From positions 96,001 to 160,000 of the forward strand of contig CAVUZH010000016.1 of the NCBI GenBank assembly GCA_963745835.1: DNA of 64,000 bases, read 5' to 3'. The stretch comes from an uncultured delta proteobacterium (GTDB lineage Bacteria > Desulfobacterota > Binatia > UBA9968). The notes below the pieces were generated by a model. It did no database searches and was not told the origin of the DNA. It saw only the letters and a program-made list of their open reading frames with translations. Shown here in pieces: positions 1 to 9,642 of this stretch; position 1 is the first letter of the stretch, and every line of letters begins with the position of its first letter. Made by a program: the position numbers and the translations under genes.

Positions 1-267
1 AATCGATGGTTTCGGCTGCATTTCTGCAACCGATGCGGAACAACCGTCATGGCAACCGTCGAACGCCGACCAAGCCGCCGGTTGATTATGGTCGGCACAC
101 TCGACGACCCCAACTGGGTCAAGTTAGATCGACACATCTGGACGCGTTCTGCCCAACACTGGATGGTTTACCCGCAAGATATGAAGCGCTTCGAGAAAAG
201 CGCCGGGATAGGCAAGGCCTTGAGTGGCGAAGGGAAATCGGTTCCGAGCGGGCTCACACGTCGGTGA
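1..267 (+). CDS. GFA (glutathione-dependent formaldehyde-activating / CENP-V) family protein, 5'-truncated by window edge
   Basis: Frame 1 from base 1 reads NRWFRLHFCNRCGTTV...VGTLDDPNW...HIWTRSAQHW, containing the FCxxCGT, GTLDD and HIWTRS motifs typical of GFA proteins. Confidence 0.8.
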   Translation, partial: NRWFRLHFCNRCGTTVMATVERRPSRRLIMVGTLDDPNWVKLDRHIWTRSAQHWMVYPQDMKRFEKSAGIGKALSGEGKSVPSGLTRR

Positions 268-438
268 ACTTGAGGCAGGCCCGGCATTTTGCGCTTCAGG
301 CCGGTCACATGCTGTGATATCAGTGGCGGCAGAGCTTAGTCGCCGCTCGTTTCAGAGTGCGGCATGGGCGGCCCTGGGGTCGCGGCGCGAGCATCTCCTC
401 GCGCAAAGATTCACGGCTCCACCCCCTTGGAGGAACTC

Positions 439-1491
439 ATGGCGACATTTCCGGATTTCACGCTAGCCGCCATCCAGGCGGCGCCTGTTTACTTCGACCG
501 CGACGCTTCGACCGAAAAGGCCTGCAGACTGATTGAGCAAGCGGCGCGGAAGGGAGCCACGCTGGCGGCGTTTAGCGAGACCTGGCTGCCGGGCTATCCG
601 TTTTTTCATAACTCTTCACGCCGCACCGAAGCTGCGGCGGACTATCTGGCAAACGCCGTGGAAATTCCTAGCCCGACCACGGAACGCCTGTGCGAAGCTG
701 CCCATGATGTCGGGATTGACGTAGTCGTCGGCATCGTCGAGCTCGATAAACGGACACGCGGTACCGTCTATTGCACCATGCTGTTCATCAGCCGCGAAGG
801 CAAGATCCTCGGCCGGCATCGCAAGCTCAAGCCGACCGCTACAGAGCGCGCGGTTTGGGGAGAAGGTGACGGAGTCGGTCTCACTGTTTACGAGCGCCCT
901 TACGGCCGCATCAGCGGCTTGGCCTGCTGGGAGCATATGATGCTGCTCCCCGGATATACCCTGATGGCTCAGGGCACTCAGATTCACATAGCAACATGGC
1001 CCTATCCCCGCACTCTATTTGATTTCGGCGGTCTACTCCTGTCGCGCGCTTTCGCACTCCAGGGGAGTTGTTACGTGATGGCGGTTTGTTCCCTGTTGAG
1101 ACCGGACGATGTCCCGGAAGCTTATCGTGAACTGACAACCGAGCGTGATCGAAACAAGGCCGAAAGCGGCAGTTGCATCATCGCGCCGGGCGGAGAAGTA
1201 GTCGCAGCCGCTTCGGCCAACGAAGAAACGATTCTGACGGCGACGGTGTCGCTAGAAGCGGTACTCCGCTCCAAGGCTCGACTCGACGTTGGAGGCCACT
1301 ACTCTCGCCCGGATGTCTTGAAGCTGTTGGTGAATCGCGGCCCACTTGAGCGGGTCTTAGACATGAGTCATGCCGATTCCACAAACCATGGTGCAGTAGA
1401 TGTCCATACCAAGGACGCTTTCGGCGTGATCGAACAAGAAACTGTGGGAGAAGTCTCAATGGGCCACGCTCAATCTCCGAAGTCGAGATGA
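439..1491 (+). CDS. Nitrilase (carbon-nitrogen hydrolase family)
   Basis: E-K-C triad motifs FSETWLPGYP, RHRKLKPT, LACWEH and C-terminal DVGGHYSRPDV; start moved to ATG 439 after GGAGG RBS. Confidence 0.9.
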   Translation: MATFPDFTLAAIQAAPVYFDRDASTEKACRLIEQAARKGATLAAFSETWLPGYPFFHNSSRRTEAAADYLANAVEIPSPTTERLCEAAHDVGIDVVVGIVELDKRTRGTVYCTMLFISREGKILGRHRKLKPTATERAVWGEGDGVGLTVYERPYGRISGLACWEHMMLLPGYTLMAQGTQIHIATWPYPRTLFDFGGLLLSRAFALQGSCYVMAVCSLLRPDDVPEAYRELTTERDRNKAESGSCIIAPGGEVVAAASANEETILTATVSLEAVLRSKARLDVGGHYSRPDVLKLLVNRGPLERVLDMSHADSTNHGAVDVHTKDAFGVIEQETVGEVSMGHAQSPKSR

Positions 1492-1558
1492 TAGAACCTC
1501 ACAGGGGATTCGCTTAGTTCGTCCTCTCTCTGTGCGGGCAGAGATTTGAAGGCTACCT

Positions 1559-1745
1559 ACTTCTTCGGCGCCATCGAGATCGACGGCTTCATCGACAAAG
1601 ACGAATTCAAAAAGCAGATCGACGAATGGATTCGAATCCTTCGCAGCACCAACCCGCTCCCGGCACCAACGGCCCGGTCCTCCGGGCGACCCGGAGCGCG
1701 CAGCCGAAGCGATCCGGAGCAAAGAAGCAGTCCCGCTGCTCAAAA
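1559..1745 (+). pseudogene. 3'-end fragment of Ldh_2 family oxidoreductase, copy 1 (frameshifted)
   Basis: FFGAIEIDGFIDKDEFKKQIDEWIR; 1577-1634 is identical over 58 nt to 4936-4993; small deletions downstream shift the PGDPE...RSKE segment out of frame. Confidence 0.85.
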
Positions 1746-2058
1746 GAGACGCAACCCAAAAATCACCCTCTAAAATAACCCTTTGGTGCTTCATTCCTTC
1801 AGATCCCTGAGCTGCTCACCTACATTCGACGACTGGAACTGTCCAACTATTCTTAGTGATCGTTTACTTTGAACGGCCGCTTGTCGGCGACCGGTTTGAA
1901 TATCTGAAACGATTCTAACGCGATGCCGGTTGCCTCGGGACTGGAAAATATCCAGTTCGTGAAAGAATTTCCGCAAGCCGAGGTGTATACTCATACTAGC
2001 TGGAGTGGAGGAGTTAAAAATTTCTCAGTTCGATTATTGAAATTCGGGGAGAATCGAC

Positions 2059-3438
2059 ATGACGAAGATCTCCGCTAACGTGCTCGAAGCCGTCGGTAAC
2101 ACTCCGGTCGTCCGTCTCAACCATGTTACCGCCGGAATTTCTGCGACGGTCTGTGTGAAACTCGAGGCGTCCAATCCGGGAAGGAGCGTTAAGGACAGAA
2201 TCGCGCTCGCGGTGGTCGAGGATGCGGAGAGGAAGGGATTGCTCAAGCCGGGAGGCACGATCGTCGAGCCCACTTCGGGGAACATGGGCGTGGCGCTGGC
2301 GATTGTCGCTGCAGTGAAGGGTTACAAGTGTATCTTTACGATCCCGGACAAAATGAGCATCGAAAAAATTCGCCGGTTGCGAGCTTTCGGCGCGGAGGTC
2401 GTCGTGACTCCCACGGCGGTGCCGCCGGAATCCTCCCAGTCCTACTATTCGGTTGCCAAACGTCTCGCCGACGAGATCCCGGGTGCCTATATGCCCATGC
2501 AGTACGATAATCTCGCGAACCGGGAGGCTCATTACGCCTCCACGGGTCCGGAGATCTGGGAGCAGACCGACGGCAAGATCACACACTTTGTCGCCGGGAT
2601 CGGCACCGCAGGGACAATCTCGGGAACTGCCAAATACCTGAAAGAAAAAAATCCGCAGTGCACGGTTATCGGAGTCGATCCCGAGGGATCGATCCTCGCG
2701 AAGGCTTTTAAACGCGAGAAGTGGTCATGGAGCGACTCACACCCTTACAAGGTCGAAGGGATTGGCGAGGACTTTGTGCCGAAGAACCTGCTCATCGAAT
2801 ACATCGACGACGTGGTAACGGTTTCCGACCGCGACTCGTTTCTGATGGGCAGGCGGCTTACGCGGGAGGAAGGCCTCTTCTGCGGGGGATCTTCCGGTTC
2901 GGCCGTTGCGGGCGCGCTTGAATACGCTCGGGAGCGGCGGCTCGGCAAGGACAACCTCGTCGTCGTCTTACTTCCCGACGCGGGGGAAATTTATCTTTCG
3001 AAGATGTATTCCGATGAATGGATGAGGCAAAACCAGTTTCTTGGAAAAAGCGCCCGGGTGGGCGACATTCTCCAATCGAAGCGGCGAAAGCTCCCCGAGC
3101 TCCTGTCGGTCGAGACAACAGCCGTCGTGCGCGATGCGATCACGACCATGAACCGATTCGGTGTCTCGCAACTCCCGGTGTTCGATAAGGGGAATCTTAT
3201 CGGGTCGCTATGCGAGAGCGTACTCTTTCAGAGATCTATGGAGAGTCCCGAGGTGATGGATCTTACCGTTGGAGCTCTGCTCGAGCCGCCGTTTCCCACG
3301 ATCGGGCCGGACGAAGACGTCTATGAGGTCGTGCAGCTCCTCAAGTCTTCCCCCGCTGTTCTCGTCCGCGACGCGGAGAAGTACCAGGGAATCGTGACAC
3401 GATTCGACGTCGTCGGTCACATAGGTGGACAGTCCTGA
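2059..3438 (+). CDS. cbs: Cystathionine beta-synthase (PLP fold II plus tandem CBS domains)
   Basis: KLEASNPGRSVKDRIA, EPTSGN, GTAGT, YKVEGIGEDF motifs and a C-terminal CBS pair; coupled to a gamma-lyase gene. Confidence 0.88.
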   Translation: MTKISANVLEAVGNTPVVRLNHVTAGISATVCVKLEASNPGRSVKDRIALAVVEDAERKGLLKPGGTIVEPTSGNMGVALAIVAAVKGYKCIFTIPDKMSIEKIRRLRAFGAEVVVTPTAVPPESSQSYYSVAKRLADEIPGAYMPMQYDNLANREAHYASTGPEIWEQTDGKITHFVAGIGTAGTISGTAKYLKEKNPQCTVIGVDPEGSILAKAFKREKWSWSDSHPYKVEGIGEDFVPKNLLIEYIDDVVTVSDRDSFLMGRRLTREEGLFCGGSSGSAVAGALEYARERRLGKDNLVVVLLPDAGEIYLSKMYSDEWMRQNQFLGKSARVGDILQSKRRKLPELLSVETTAVVRDAITTMNRFGVSQLPVFDKGNLIGSLCESVLFQRSMESPEVMDLTVGALLEPPFPTIGPDEDVYEVVQLLKSSPAVLVRDAEKYQGIVTRFDVVGHIGGQS

Positions 3439-4604
3439 TGGCACGAAAAACGGGCGGTGAGTCCAGGCGATTTGCTACGCGCGCGATCCACGCCGGACAA
3501 GAACCGGAACCCGCAACCGGAGCGATCACCGTTCCGATCTATCAGACCAGCACTTTCGCGCAGAGCGCGCCCGGCATTCACAAAGGCTACGACTACTCGA
3601 GGACCGACAATCCGACGCGCACCGCCCTCCAGACCGCGCTCGCGAGCTTGGAGTCGGCCGAATCCTGCCTCGCCTTCTCTTCCGGTATGGGCGCCGCGAC
3701 TACCGCGATGCTCCTGCTCAAAAGGGGCGATCACGTGGTCTCCTCGCGCGACGTTTACGGCGGCACCTACCGGCTCTTCAGGGCCGTGTTGCAAAATTTC
3801 GGGCTGACGTTTTCCTTCGTCGAAACTTCAAACGTCAGAGAAGTCGAGCGCGCCATGACTCGGCGCACCCGCCTTGTTTGGATCGAGTCGCCGACCAACC
3901 CGCTGCTCCGGATTACCGACATCAAGACAGCGGCGAAAATCGCCCACCGCCACGGCGCGCTCTGCCTGGTCGACAACACCTTCGCGTCGCCGGTTTTTCA
4001 GCGACCGCTCGAGCTCGGCGCCGATCTCGCCCTCCACTCGACGACAAAGTACCTGGCGGGACACGCGGACGTCGTCGGGGGAGCGATCTGTCTCAATGAA
4101 CCCTCACTCTATAAGCGGCTCAAGTTCCTGCAAAACGCCGCCGGCGCGACGCCTTCGCCCTTCGATTGCTTTCTCACACTTCGAGGGATAAAGACCCTCG
4201 CCCTGCGCATGCGGGAGCATGAAAAGAACGCGATGCAGATCGCGCAGTTCCTGCAAGATCATGCGCGCGTACGACGGGTCTACTATCCCGGACTCGAAAA
4301 TCATCCTGGCCATGATGTCGCGGCTGCCCAAATGGACGGCTTCAGCGGCATCGTTTCGTTTGAGGTAAAGGGAGGACTCGCGCAAGCGCGCCGCGTTCTG
4401 GCGCGCTTGCGTCTCTTCAAGATCGCCGAAAGTCTCGGCGGCGTCGAGTCGCTCGTCGAGTTGCCCGCAGTCATGACCCATGCCTCGATCCCCAAACCAG
4501 AGCGCAAGAAGGCGGGACTCGATGACGGACTGATCCGTCTGTCAGTGGGAATTGAGGACCTACAGGATCTTCTTGAGGATCTGAACCGAGGACTGGACCG
4601 GTAA
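3438..4604 (+). CDS. Cystathionine gamma-lyase/synthase (Cys/Met metabolism PLP family)
   Basis: PIYQTSTF, YSRTDNPT, ESPTNP, DNTF, HSTTKYLAGH, AESLGGVESL; start overlaps cbs stop. Confidence 0.9.
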   Translation: MARKTGGESRRFATRAIHAGQEPEPATGAITVPIYQTSTFAQSAPGIHKGYDYSRTDNPTRTALQTALASLESAESCLAFSSGMGAATTAMLLLKRGDHVVSSRDVYGGTYRLFRAVLQNFGLTFSFVETSNVREVERAMTRRTRLVWIESPTNPLLRITDIKTAAKIAHRHGALCLVDNTFASPVFQRPLELGADLALHSTTKYLAGHADVVGGAICLNEPSLYKRLKFLQNAAGATPSPFDCFLTLRGIKTLALRMREHEKNAMQIAQFLQDHARVRRVYYPGLENHPGHDVAAAQMDGFSGIVSFEVKGGLAQARRVLARLRLFKIAESLGGVESLVELPAVMTHASIPKPERKKAGLDDGLIRLSVGIEDLQDLLEDLNRGLDR

Positions 4605-4886
4605 GACGGAGTTCGTGGGCAATAACTCACGCCAGTCCGCACCCGTCCCAAATTGCATCGCGCTTGCTCCGAACGTTGAACGACTGAAATGAGTTGGACC
4701 TATAAGCGACTTGAACGGCTGGTGCTGCAGAATATATGAATCCAGAGTCCTGACTCCGCAATTTTTGTTGGGCGTCTTTTTCAGCTGTACTCTATAAAGA
4801 CAAAATTGCCTTACAAGCAAATTAAGCGATAATAGAATGCAACCGCCCAGAGAGTGATCGTGAGCCATGGCAATAAAGTAATGTGA

Positions 4887-5198
4887 GCGGTTCGCAGCGT
4901 CGGCAAAGGCATCGGCCATTTCTTCGGCGCCATGCAGATCGACGGCTTCATCGACAAAGACGAATTCAAAAAGCAGATCGACGAATGGATTCGGGTTTTT
5001 CGCAACACCAAACCCGCTCCCGACAGCAGCGGCACGCTGATCCCCGGCGATCCCGAGAGAGAAGCCGAGGCGATTCGAAGCAAAGAGGGTATTCCGCTGT
5101 TGAAACCCGTCATGGATGATTTGCTGGAGATAGCAAAGAAGACCGGGATACCGTTTAAGTTGGAAAAGGGAAGGCTTGCCGTTAAAAAGAACCCATAG
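4887..5198 (+). pseudogene. 3'-end fragment of Ldh_2 family oxidoreductase, copy 2 (longest, in frame)
   Basis: AVRSVGKGIGHFFGAMQIDGFIDKDEFKKQIDEWIRVFRNTKPAP...LIPGDPERE...GIPL; in-frame TGA at 4884-4886 upstream, so no N-terminal domain. Confidence 0.88.
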
Positions 5199-5589
5199 AA
5201 ATAATTCAAGGAGCAGGTCAATGCCTTACAATGTCAAAGGCCGCGGCCGAATCCTTTACAAAGGATCTCTTCGGCACACTCAGCTACATTTCCGGTCACG
5301 GCGGCCGATTTCTGTGCAAGACAACGGTGACCAGCGGACCGGCGAAGAATCAATCCGCGGAACTGATTCAGCACGAACGGTCATACAGGATTGCGCTTTC
5401 AACCGAACTCGAATGCTGGTATGGAATTTTCCAGGTCGTGAGCGAGCGGTGAGAAACATGGCAAGAGCGTGCAGCCGAAGACAAATGTCTGCGGTATCCA
5501 GCAAAAGATTCTTCTCCTTCAAGCAGATTCTGTGCTCGCGGTTTCTACTCTAGAGTTCCGATTCTCAGAACCGAGAAAGAAAAACAACA

Positions 5590-6627
5590 ATGGAAGCGCA
5601 GAAACACGAATGCATCGGAATTGTCGCTCTGGCTTCGGTCCTGATAATTCTATCGACTGCCGCGATCGCCTCATCTCAGGATGGAAGGCTCGCCGAGGCG
5701 CGACGCGAGGGCAAGGTCGTCTGGTACACGGGAGCCGCTCTGATGACTGCCGAGCGTGTCGCCAGACTCTTTGAACAGGCTCATCCCGATATCAAAGTGG
5801 AAGTTCATCGCTCAGGCTCTGAGCGGATTCTCCAGCGTCTCATGCAAGAGGCCACCGCCGGCATCAAAAACGCCGATGTTTTTAATTCTTCCGATGCAGG
5901 GCACTATGTGCTCTTAAAGAAGAAGGGCATGCTAGCTAAACACACGCCGGTGGGTGCGGAGCGTTTTCCTGACGGTTTTCGCGACCCGGACGGCACCGTT
6001 TTTGGCTGGCGCGCATTCTTAATCGTCATGTCGTACAACTCCAAACTGTTGCCCGCTGGAGAGGCGCCCAAGACATGGAAGGATCTGCTCGATCCGAAAT
6101 GGAAGGGAAAGCTGGTTACCGCTCATCCCAGCTACAGCGGCAGTATCGCAAGCTATATGCTGGCGCTGTTGAATATTTACGGATGGGATTATTTCAAACA
6201 ATTGGCACAGAACAAACCGCATCTGACCCAATCGGTGCATGATCCGGCACAACTGGTCGCCGCGGGAGAGCGCATCGTGGGGGCCAACGGCGCGGATTAT
6301 TTTCTTTATTCGGAGAGAAAAAAGGGTAACCCAATTGGCATCGTCTATCCGCAGGATGGCGCTCCGCTGATTGTTTCGCCGTCGGCGATCACAAGCTTTT
6401 CTCTTCGCCCGTCCGCCGCCAGGCTGTTTACAGACTTCATTTTCACTAAAGAGGTGCAACAGTTCTTAGCCGACAGCGAAGCACTGTATGTTCCTCATGC
6501 CGAGGTCACCTATGCCTCGGACAGAGCGAAACTTTCCGAACTGAAGATCTTGACGGTGGACCCCGAGGAACTCGAACGGCGCACCGAGGAGATCAAGAAG
6601 CGGTTTGTTGAATTCTTCGGCGCGTAA
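5590..6627 (+). CDS. ABC transporter extracellular solute-binding protein (Fe3+/polyamine/thiamine-type cluster)
   Basis: Signal peptide, AEARREGKVVWYT, PKTWKDLLDPKWKGK, IVYPQDG. Confidence 0.85.
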   Translation: MEAQKHECIGIVALASVLIILSTAAIASSQDGRLAEARREGKVVWYTGAALMTAERVARLFEQAHPDIKVEVHRSGSERILQRLMQEATAGIKNADVFNSSDAGHYVLLKKKGMLAKHTPVGAERFPDGFRDPDGTVFGWRAFLIVMSYNSKLLPAGEAPKTWKDLLDPKWKGKLVTAHPSYSGSIASYMLALLNIYGWDYFKQLAQNKPHLTQSVHDPAQLVAAGERIVGANGADYFLYSERKKGNPIGIVYPQDGAPLIVSPSAITSFSLRPSAARLFTDFIFTKEVQQFLADSEALYVPHAEVTYASDRAKLSELKILTVDPEELERRTEEIKKRFVEFFGA

Positions 6628-6825
6628 GCAAGAAAGAGCATGCCCATCATCGTCACCATTGCCTAAGAACGAGTTGAGCTCCTACCCTCGGGCAATGCGC
6701 GAGGCTCAAACCAGCGTGTTAGACGTTACAAAAGGAGAGGATGATATTAGCTGGAGGCGGATTCGATCAGCACGTCATCTCGCTGCGCAGACAGAGAAAG
6801 GCTCGACCTTCGAACATATTGAAAT

Positions 6826-7062
6826 GAAAGCTTTATCGAAAACTCGAGTTCCAAAAAACAGATGGATGAATGGATTCGCATCTTTCGCAACACCAAACCC
6901 GCTCCCGACAACAGCGGTCCGCTGATCCCCGGCGATCCCGAGCGAGAAGCCGAGGCGATTCGCAGCAAAGAAGGTATTCCACTCTTAAAACCAGTCGTGG
7001 ACGATTTGTTGGAGATTGCGGAGAAAACAGCGATACCGTTTGAGATCAGCCGGCTGATATGA
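6826..7062 (+). pseudogene. 3'-end fragment of Ldh_2 family oxidoreductase, copy 3
   Basis: KKQMDEWIRIFRNTKPAPDNSGPLIPGDPEREAEAIRSKEGIPLLKPVVDDLLEIA, nearly identical protein to copy 2; decayed 5' part from about 6826. Confidence 0.88.
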
Positions 7063-7097
7063 TTCGGCCGATCAGCCTAACTTAAAATGGAGGAGCT

Positions 7098-7409
7098 ATG
7101 GTGACAGCATTCGTTCAATTCAAGATACCTGCGCCTCTGAGCCGGGAGCAAGCCAAAGAGGTATTTATGAGCACCGCGCCGAAGTACCAACAGGCACCAG
7201 GATTGATTCGCAAGTACTATCTCCTCTCCGAAGATGGTGGCACGGCCGGTGGTGTGTACTTATGGCGATCACGAGAGGATGCCGAGAGTCTCTATACGGA
7301 GGAATGGAAGAACTTCGTCAAAGAAAAATATGGCGCTGAACCGACGATTGTCTATTTTCAGACTCCGGTTGTCGTCGACAATCTTACAAAGGAGATTATC
7401 AGAGATTAG
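7098..7409 (+). CDS. YdhR-like putative monooxygenase (dimeric alpha-beta barrel)
   Basis: PGLIRKYYLLSEDGGTAGGVYLW motif; GGAGGAG RBS. Confidence 0.8.
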   Translation: MVTAFVQFKIPAPLSREQAKEVFMSTAPKYQQAPGLIRKYYLLSEDGGTAGGVYLWRSREDAESLYTEEWKNFVKEKYGAEPTIVYFQTPVVVDNLTKEIIRD

Positions 7410-7453
7410 CCGTTTACAGCCCGGGTGGGACGTAGCGTCTGACAGTGGGAACA

Positions 7454-7541
7454 GATTCAAAAACAAAGACGAGGTCCGGCACAAGCTGTGACCCGATCCA
7501 CGCGATCCGAGAAGGAGCTGACGCCGTTCGGAGCAAAGAAG
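7454..7541 (+). pseudogene. Heavily decayed Ldh_2 3'-end fragment, copy 4
   Basis: gattcaaaaacaaagacgag and gatccacgcgatccgagaaggagctgacgccgttcggagcaaagaag align by eye with gaattcaaaaagcagatcgacg and gatccccggcgatcccgagcgagaagccgaggcgattcgcagcaaagaag of the other copies. Confidence 0.55.
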
Positions 7542-7569
7542 ACCCCTCGAGGAACTCTTGGTAGACGCT

Positions 7570-7815
7570 TTATTCTTCACTGTCGATGATAAAAGACCGC
7601 AGCGTTTCATAGACATCGCGCCGATGACCGACTAGGAGTACTTGACTGTCATTTCAGCGTCGTTGCGACGGTAAACGATCGGTATCTCTTTGCCTTCAAC
7701 GATCGATAGCCCTCCAGCTCTCCGGTTAATTCCGAACCGGACTCAGGATTGACCGAAAGCTCGTCATTGGAAGTGCGAGACAAATCGTTTCACGTCCGCA
7801 CCGAATGATAGCTGA
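7570..7815 (-). pseudogene. RelE/ParE family toxin remnant
   Basis: Minus strand across two frameshifts reads DELSVNPESGSELTGELEGYRSLKAKRYR/IVYRRNDAEMTV/xVLLVGHRRDVYETLRSFIIDSEE*; absent from the ORF track. Confidence 0.7.
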
Positions 7816-8085
7816 TGGCGATCGATGCGGACGCTAGAACCGGTCTTCCTTCTCCATTCTCCCCACCGCTCTGTCCTCGACTAAGTCTTCCGCTTGGGAC
7901 GGCAATCTTCTCGTTCTTCGGCACCGAACAGCCGGATGACAGTACATCTAAAAGCAACTGCCGCAACTTTTTTGCTCATCATATGTTTTCAACTTCTCTT
8001 AAGCCCTTCATCTTCCCGCCCGTGAGTGGGATAATCAGACAACTTCGAAGATGCAGCTGGGTTCAAGTCTGCTCTTTCTCATTCG

Positions 8086-9360
8086 ATGCGATTAAATTTT
8101 TCCGCTTCATCGCCGCTATGGCGCTCACTGCGCCATCGCAATTACCGGCTCTATCTTACCGGCCAGCTGGTCTCGGTCTGTGGAACCTGGATGCAGCAGG
8201 TGGCGCTGAGTTGGCTGGTCTATCGCCTTACCGGATCGGCGACCTTGCTCGGCATCGTCGGCTTTGCATCGCAAATCCCGATCTTGGTTTTGGGCCCAAT
8301 CGGCGGCGTAATCAACGATCGCTACTCCACTCACCGGGTCGCCATATGGACGCAATGCGCGGCCTTGGCTCAAGCGCTGCTGCTCGCATTGCTGGCCCTG
8401 ACCGGTTGGATACAGCCAGTCCATATAATCCTGTTGGGAATCGCGCTGGGAGTCGTCTATGCGTTCGATATGCCCGCGCGCCAAGCTTTGGTGCATCGAT
8501 TAGTCGATACAGAAGACTTGGCCAATGCGGTAGCGCTTAATTCTTCGATGATCAACGCGGCGCGAATTGTCGGACCCGCGCTTGCCGGGCTGGTCGTCGC
8601 CAGGTTCGGCGAAGGCATCTGTTTCGTTATCAACGCGGCGAGTTATGTAGCGACCATTGTGGCATTACTCAAGATGAAATTCGCCGAGCCGCCGCGTCGC
8701 GACTCGACCGTAACCTCCATCAGTCGCTCGTTGATTGAAGGTTACCAGTACACGATGGCAACCACGCCGATACGCGATCTGCTGATTCTATTGGGCGTGG
8801 TCGGCGTTATGGGCATGCCCTATATGACACTGATGCCGGTGTTTGCGGCGCAAGTCCATGGGAGCGGCGCGGATACCCTCGGGATTATGTTCGGAGCGGT
8901 CGGTCTTGGCGCGCTCACCGGCGCGCTCTTTCTCGCTCAAAGAAAAAACATCATCGGACTTGGCCGGGTGATTGTCTTCGCCACCCTGGGATTCGGCGTG
9001 GGACTCGTTTGTTTCACGGTATCGCAGATGTTTTGGCTGTCACTGCTGCTTCTTGTCGGAGTGGGCTATGGCTGGATGGTCTTGATCGCCGCGAGCAACA
9101 CGGTGCTGCAAACCCTTGCCGATAACCAGATGCGCGGCAGGGTGATGAGCCTGTTCTCGATGATGCTCGTCGGCATGGCGCCATTCGGCAGCTTGCTGGC
9201 AGGATGGGCCGCTGACCAGGTGGGCGCTCCCATGGTGGTCGCAATCGGCGGCGGCTTTTGCGCCATCGCCGGAATCGTTTTCGCCAGGCGATTACCCGGG
9301 CTACGGGAGGCGGCAAAGCCGATCTTGGCCGCCCGCGGGATTATTCTAGAAACAAAGTGA
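8086..9360 (+). CDS. MFS transporter
   Basis: About 12 hydrophobic segments; SLRHRNYRLY...GTWMQQVA, DMPARQA, NAVALNS, MRGRVMSL. Confidence 0.9.
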   Translation: MRLNFSASSPLWRSLRHRNYRLYLTGQLVSVCGTWMQQVALSWLVYRLTGSATLLGIVGFASQIPILVLGPIGGVINDRYSTHRVAIWTQCAALAQALLLALLALTGWIQPVHIILLGIALGVVYAFDMPARQALVHRLVDTEDLANAVALNSSMINAARIVGPALAGLVVARFGEGICFVINAASYVATIVALLKMKFAEPPRRDSTVTSISRSLIEGYQYTMATTPIRDLLILLGVVGVMGMPYMTLMPVFAAQVHGSGADTLGIMFGAVGLGALTGALFLAQRKNIIGLGRVIVFATLGFGVGLVCFTVSQMFWLSLLLLVGVGYGWMVLIAASNTVLQTLADNQMRGRVMSLFSMMLVGMAPFGSLLAGWAADQVGAPMVVAIGGGFCAIAGIVFARRLPGLREAAKPILAARGIILETK

Positions 9361-9487
9361 AGGAAGTCTTTCCGACATTTGAGATTCTTCGGGCAAGTAA
9401 CATCCACCCGCCTGATGATACGGATCCCCATTGACATAAAGCAGCTGCGCGCTCCTGGAACGGGAGCGTAGCGACACACAACAGATC

Positions 9488-9642
9488 AGCAGGTTGATGA
9501 AAAACCCGAATTGCAGGCTGCTCAAAAAGATCTCAGAGCCGAGGCGCGCGACAAATCGACGAGCGGAGGCGTACTAAGCGAGTACGTTGACGTGAGGCGA
9601 TTGAGCGCAACGAAGGATTGAGTCTTTTTCAGCAGGCTGCTA
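9488..9642. repeat. MITE/REP-like palindromic element, copy A
   Basis: Ends AGCAGGTTGATGAAAAA ... TTTTTCAGCAGGCTGCTA, central GCGTAC-N-GTACGTTGA; related inverted copy at 20032-20182; supplies the ligase stop codon. Confidence 0.65.

Noticed and set aside
364-438. Longer nitrilase N-terminus from the ORF track
   Set aside because: A GGAGG RBS precedes ATG 439 and family similarity starts there.
5176-5553. Short ORFs after Ldh_2 copy 2 (5221 start with RBS; 5231-5452)
   Set aside because: Possibly a frameshifted small gene, but no recognisable family or motif.
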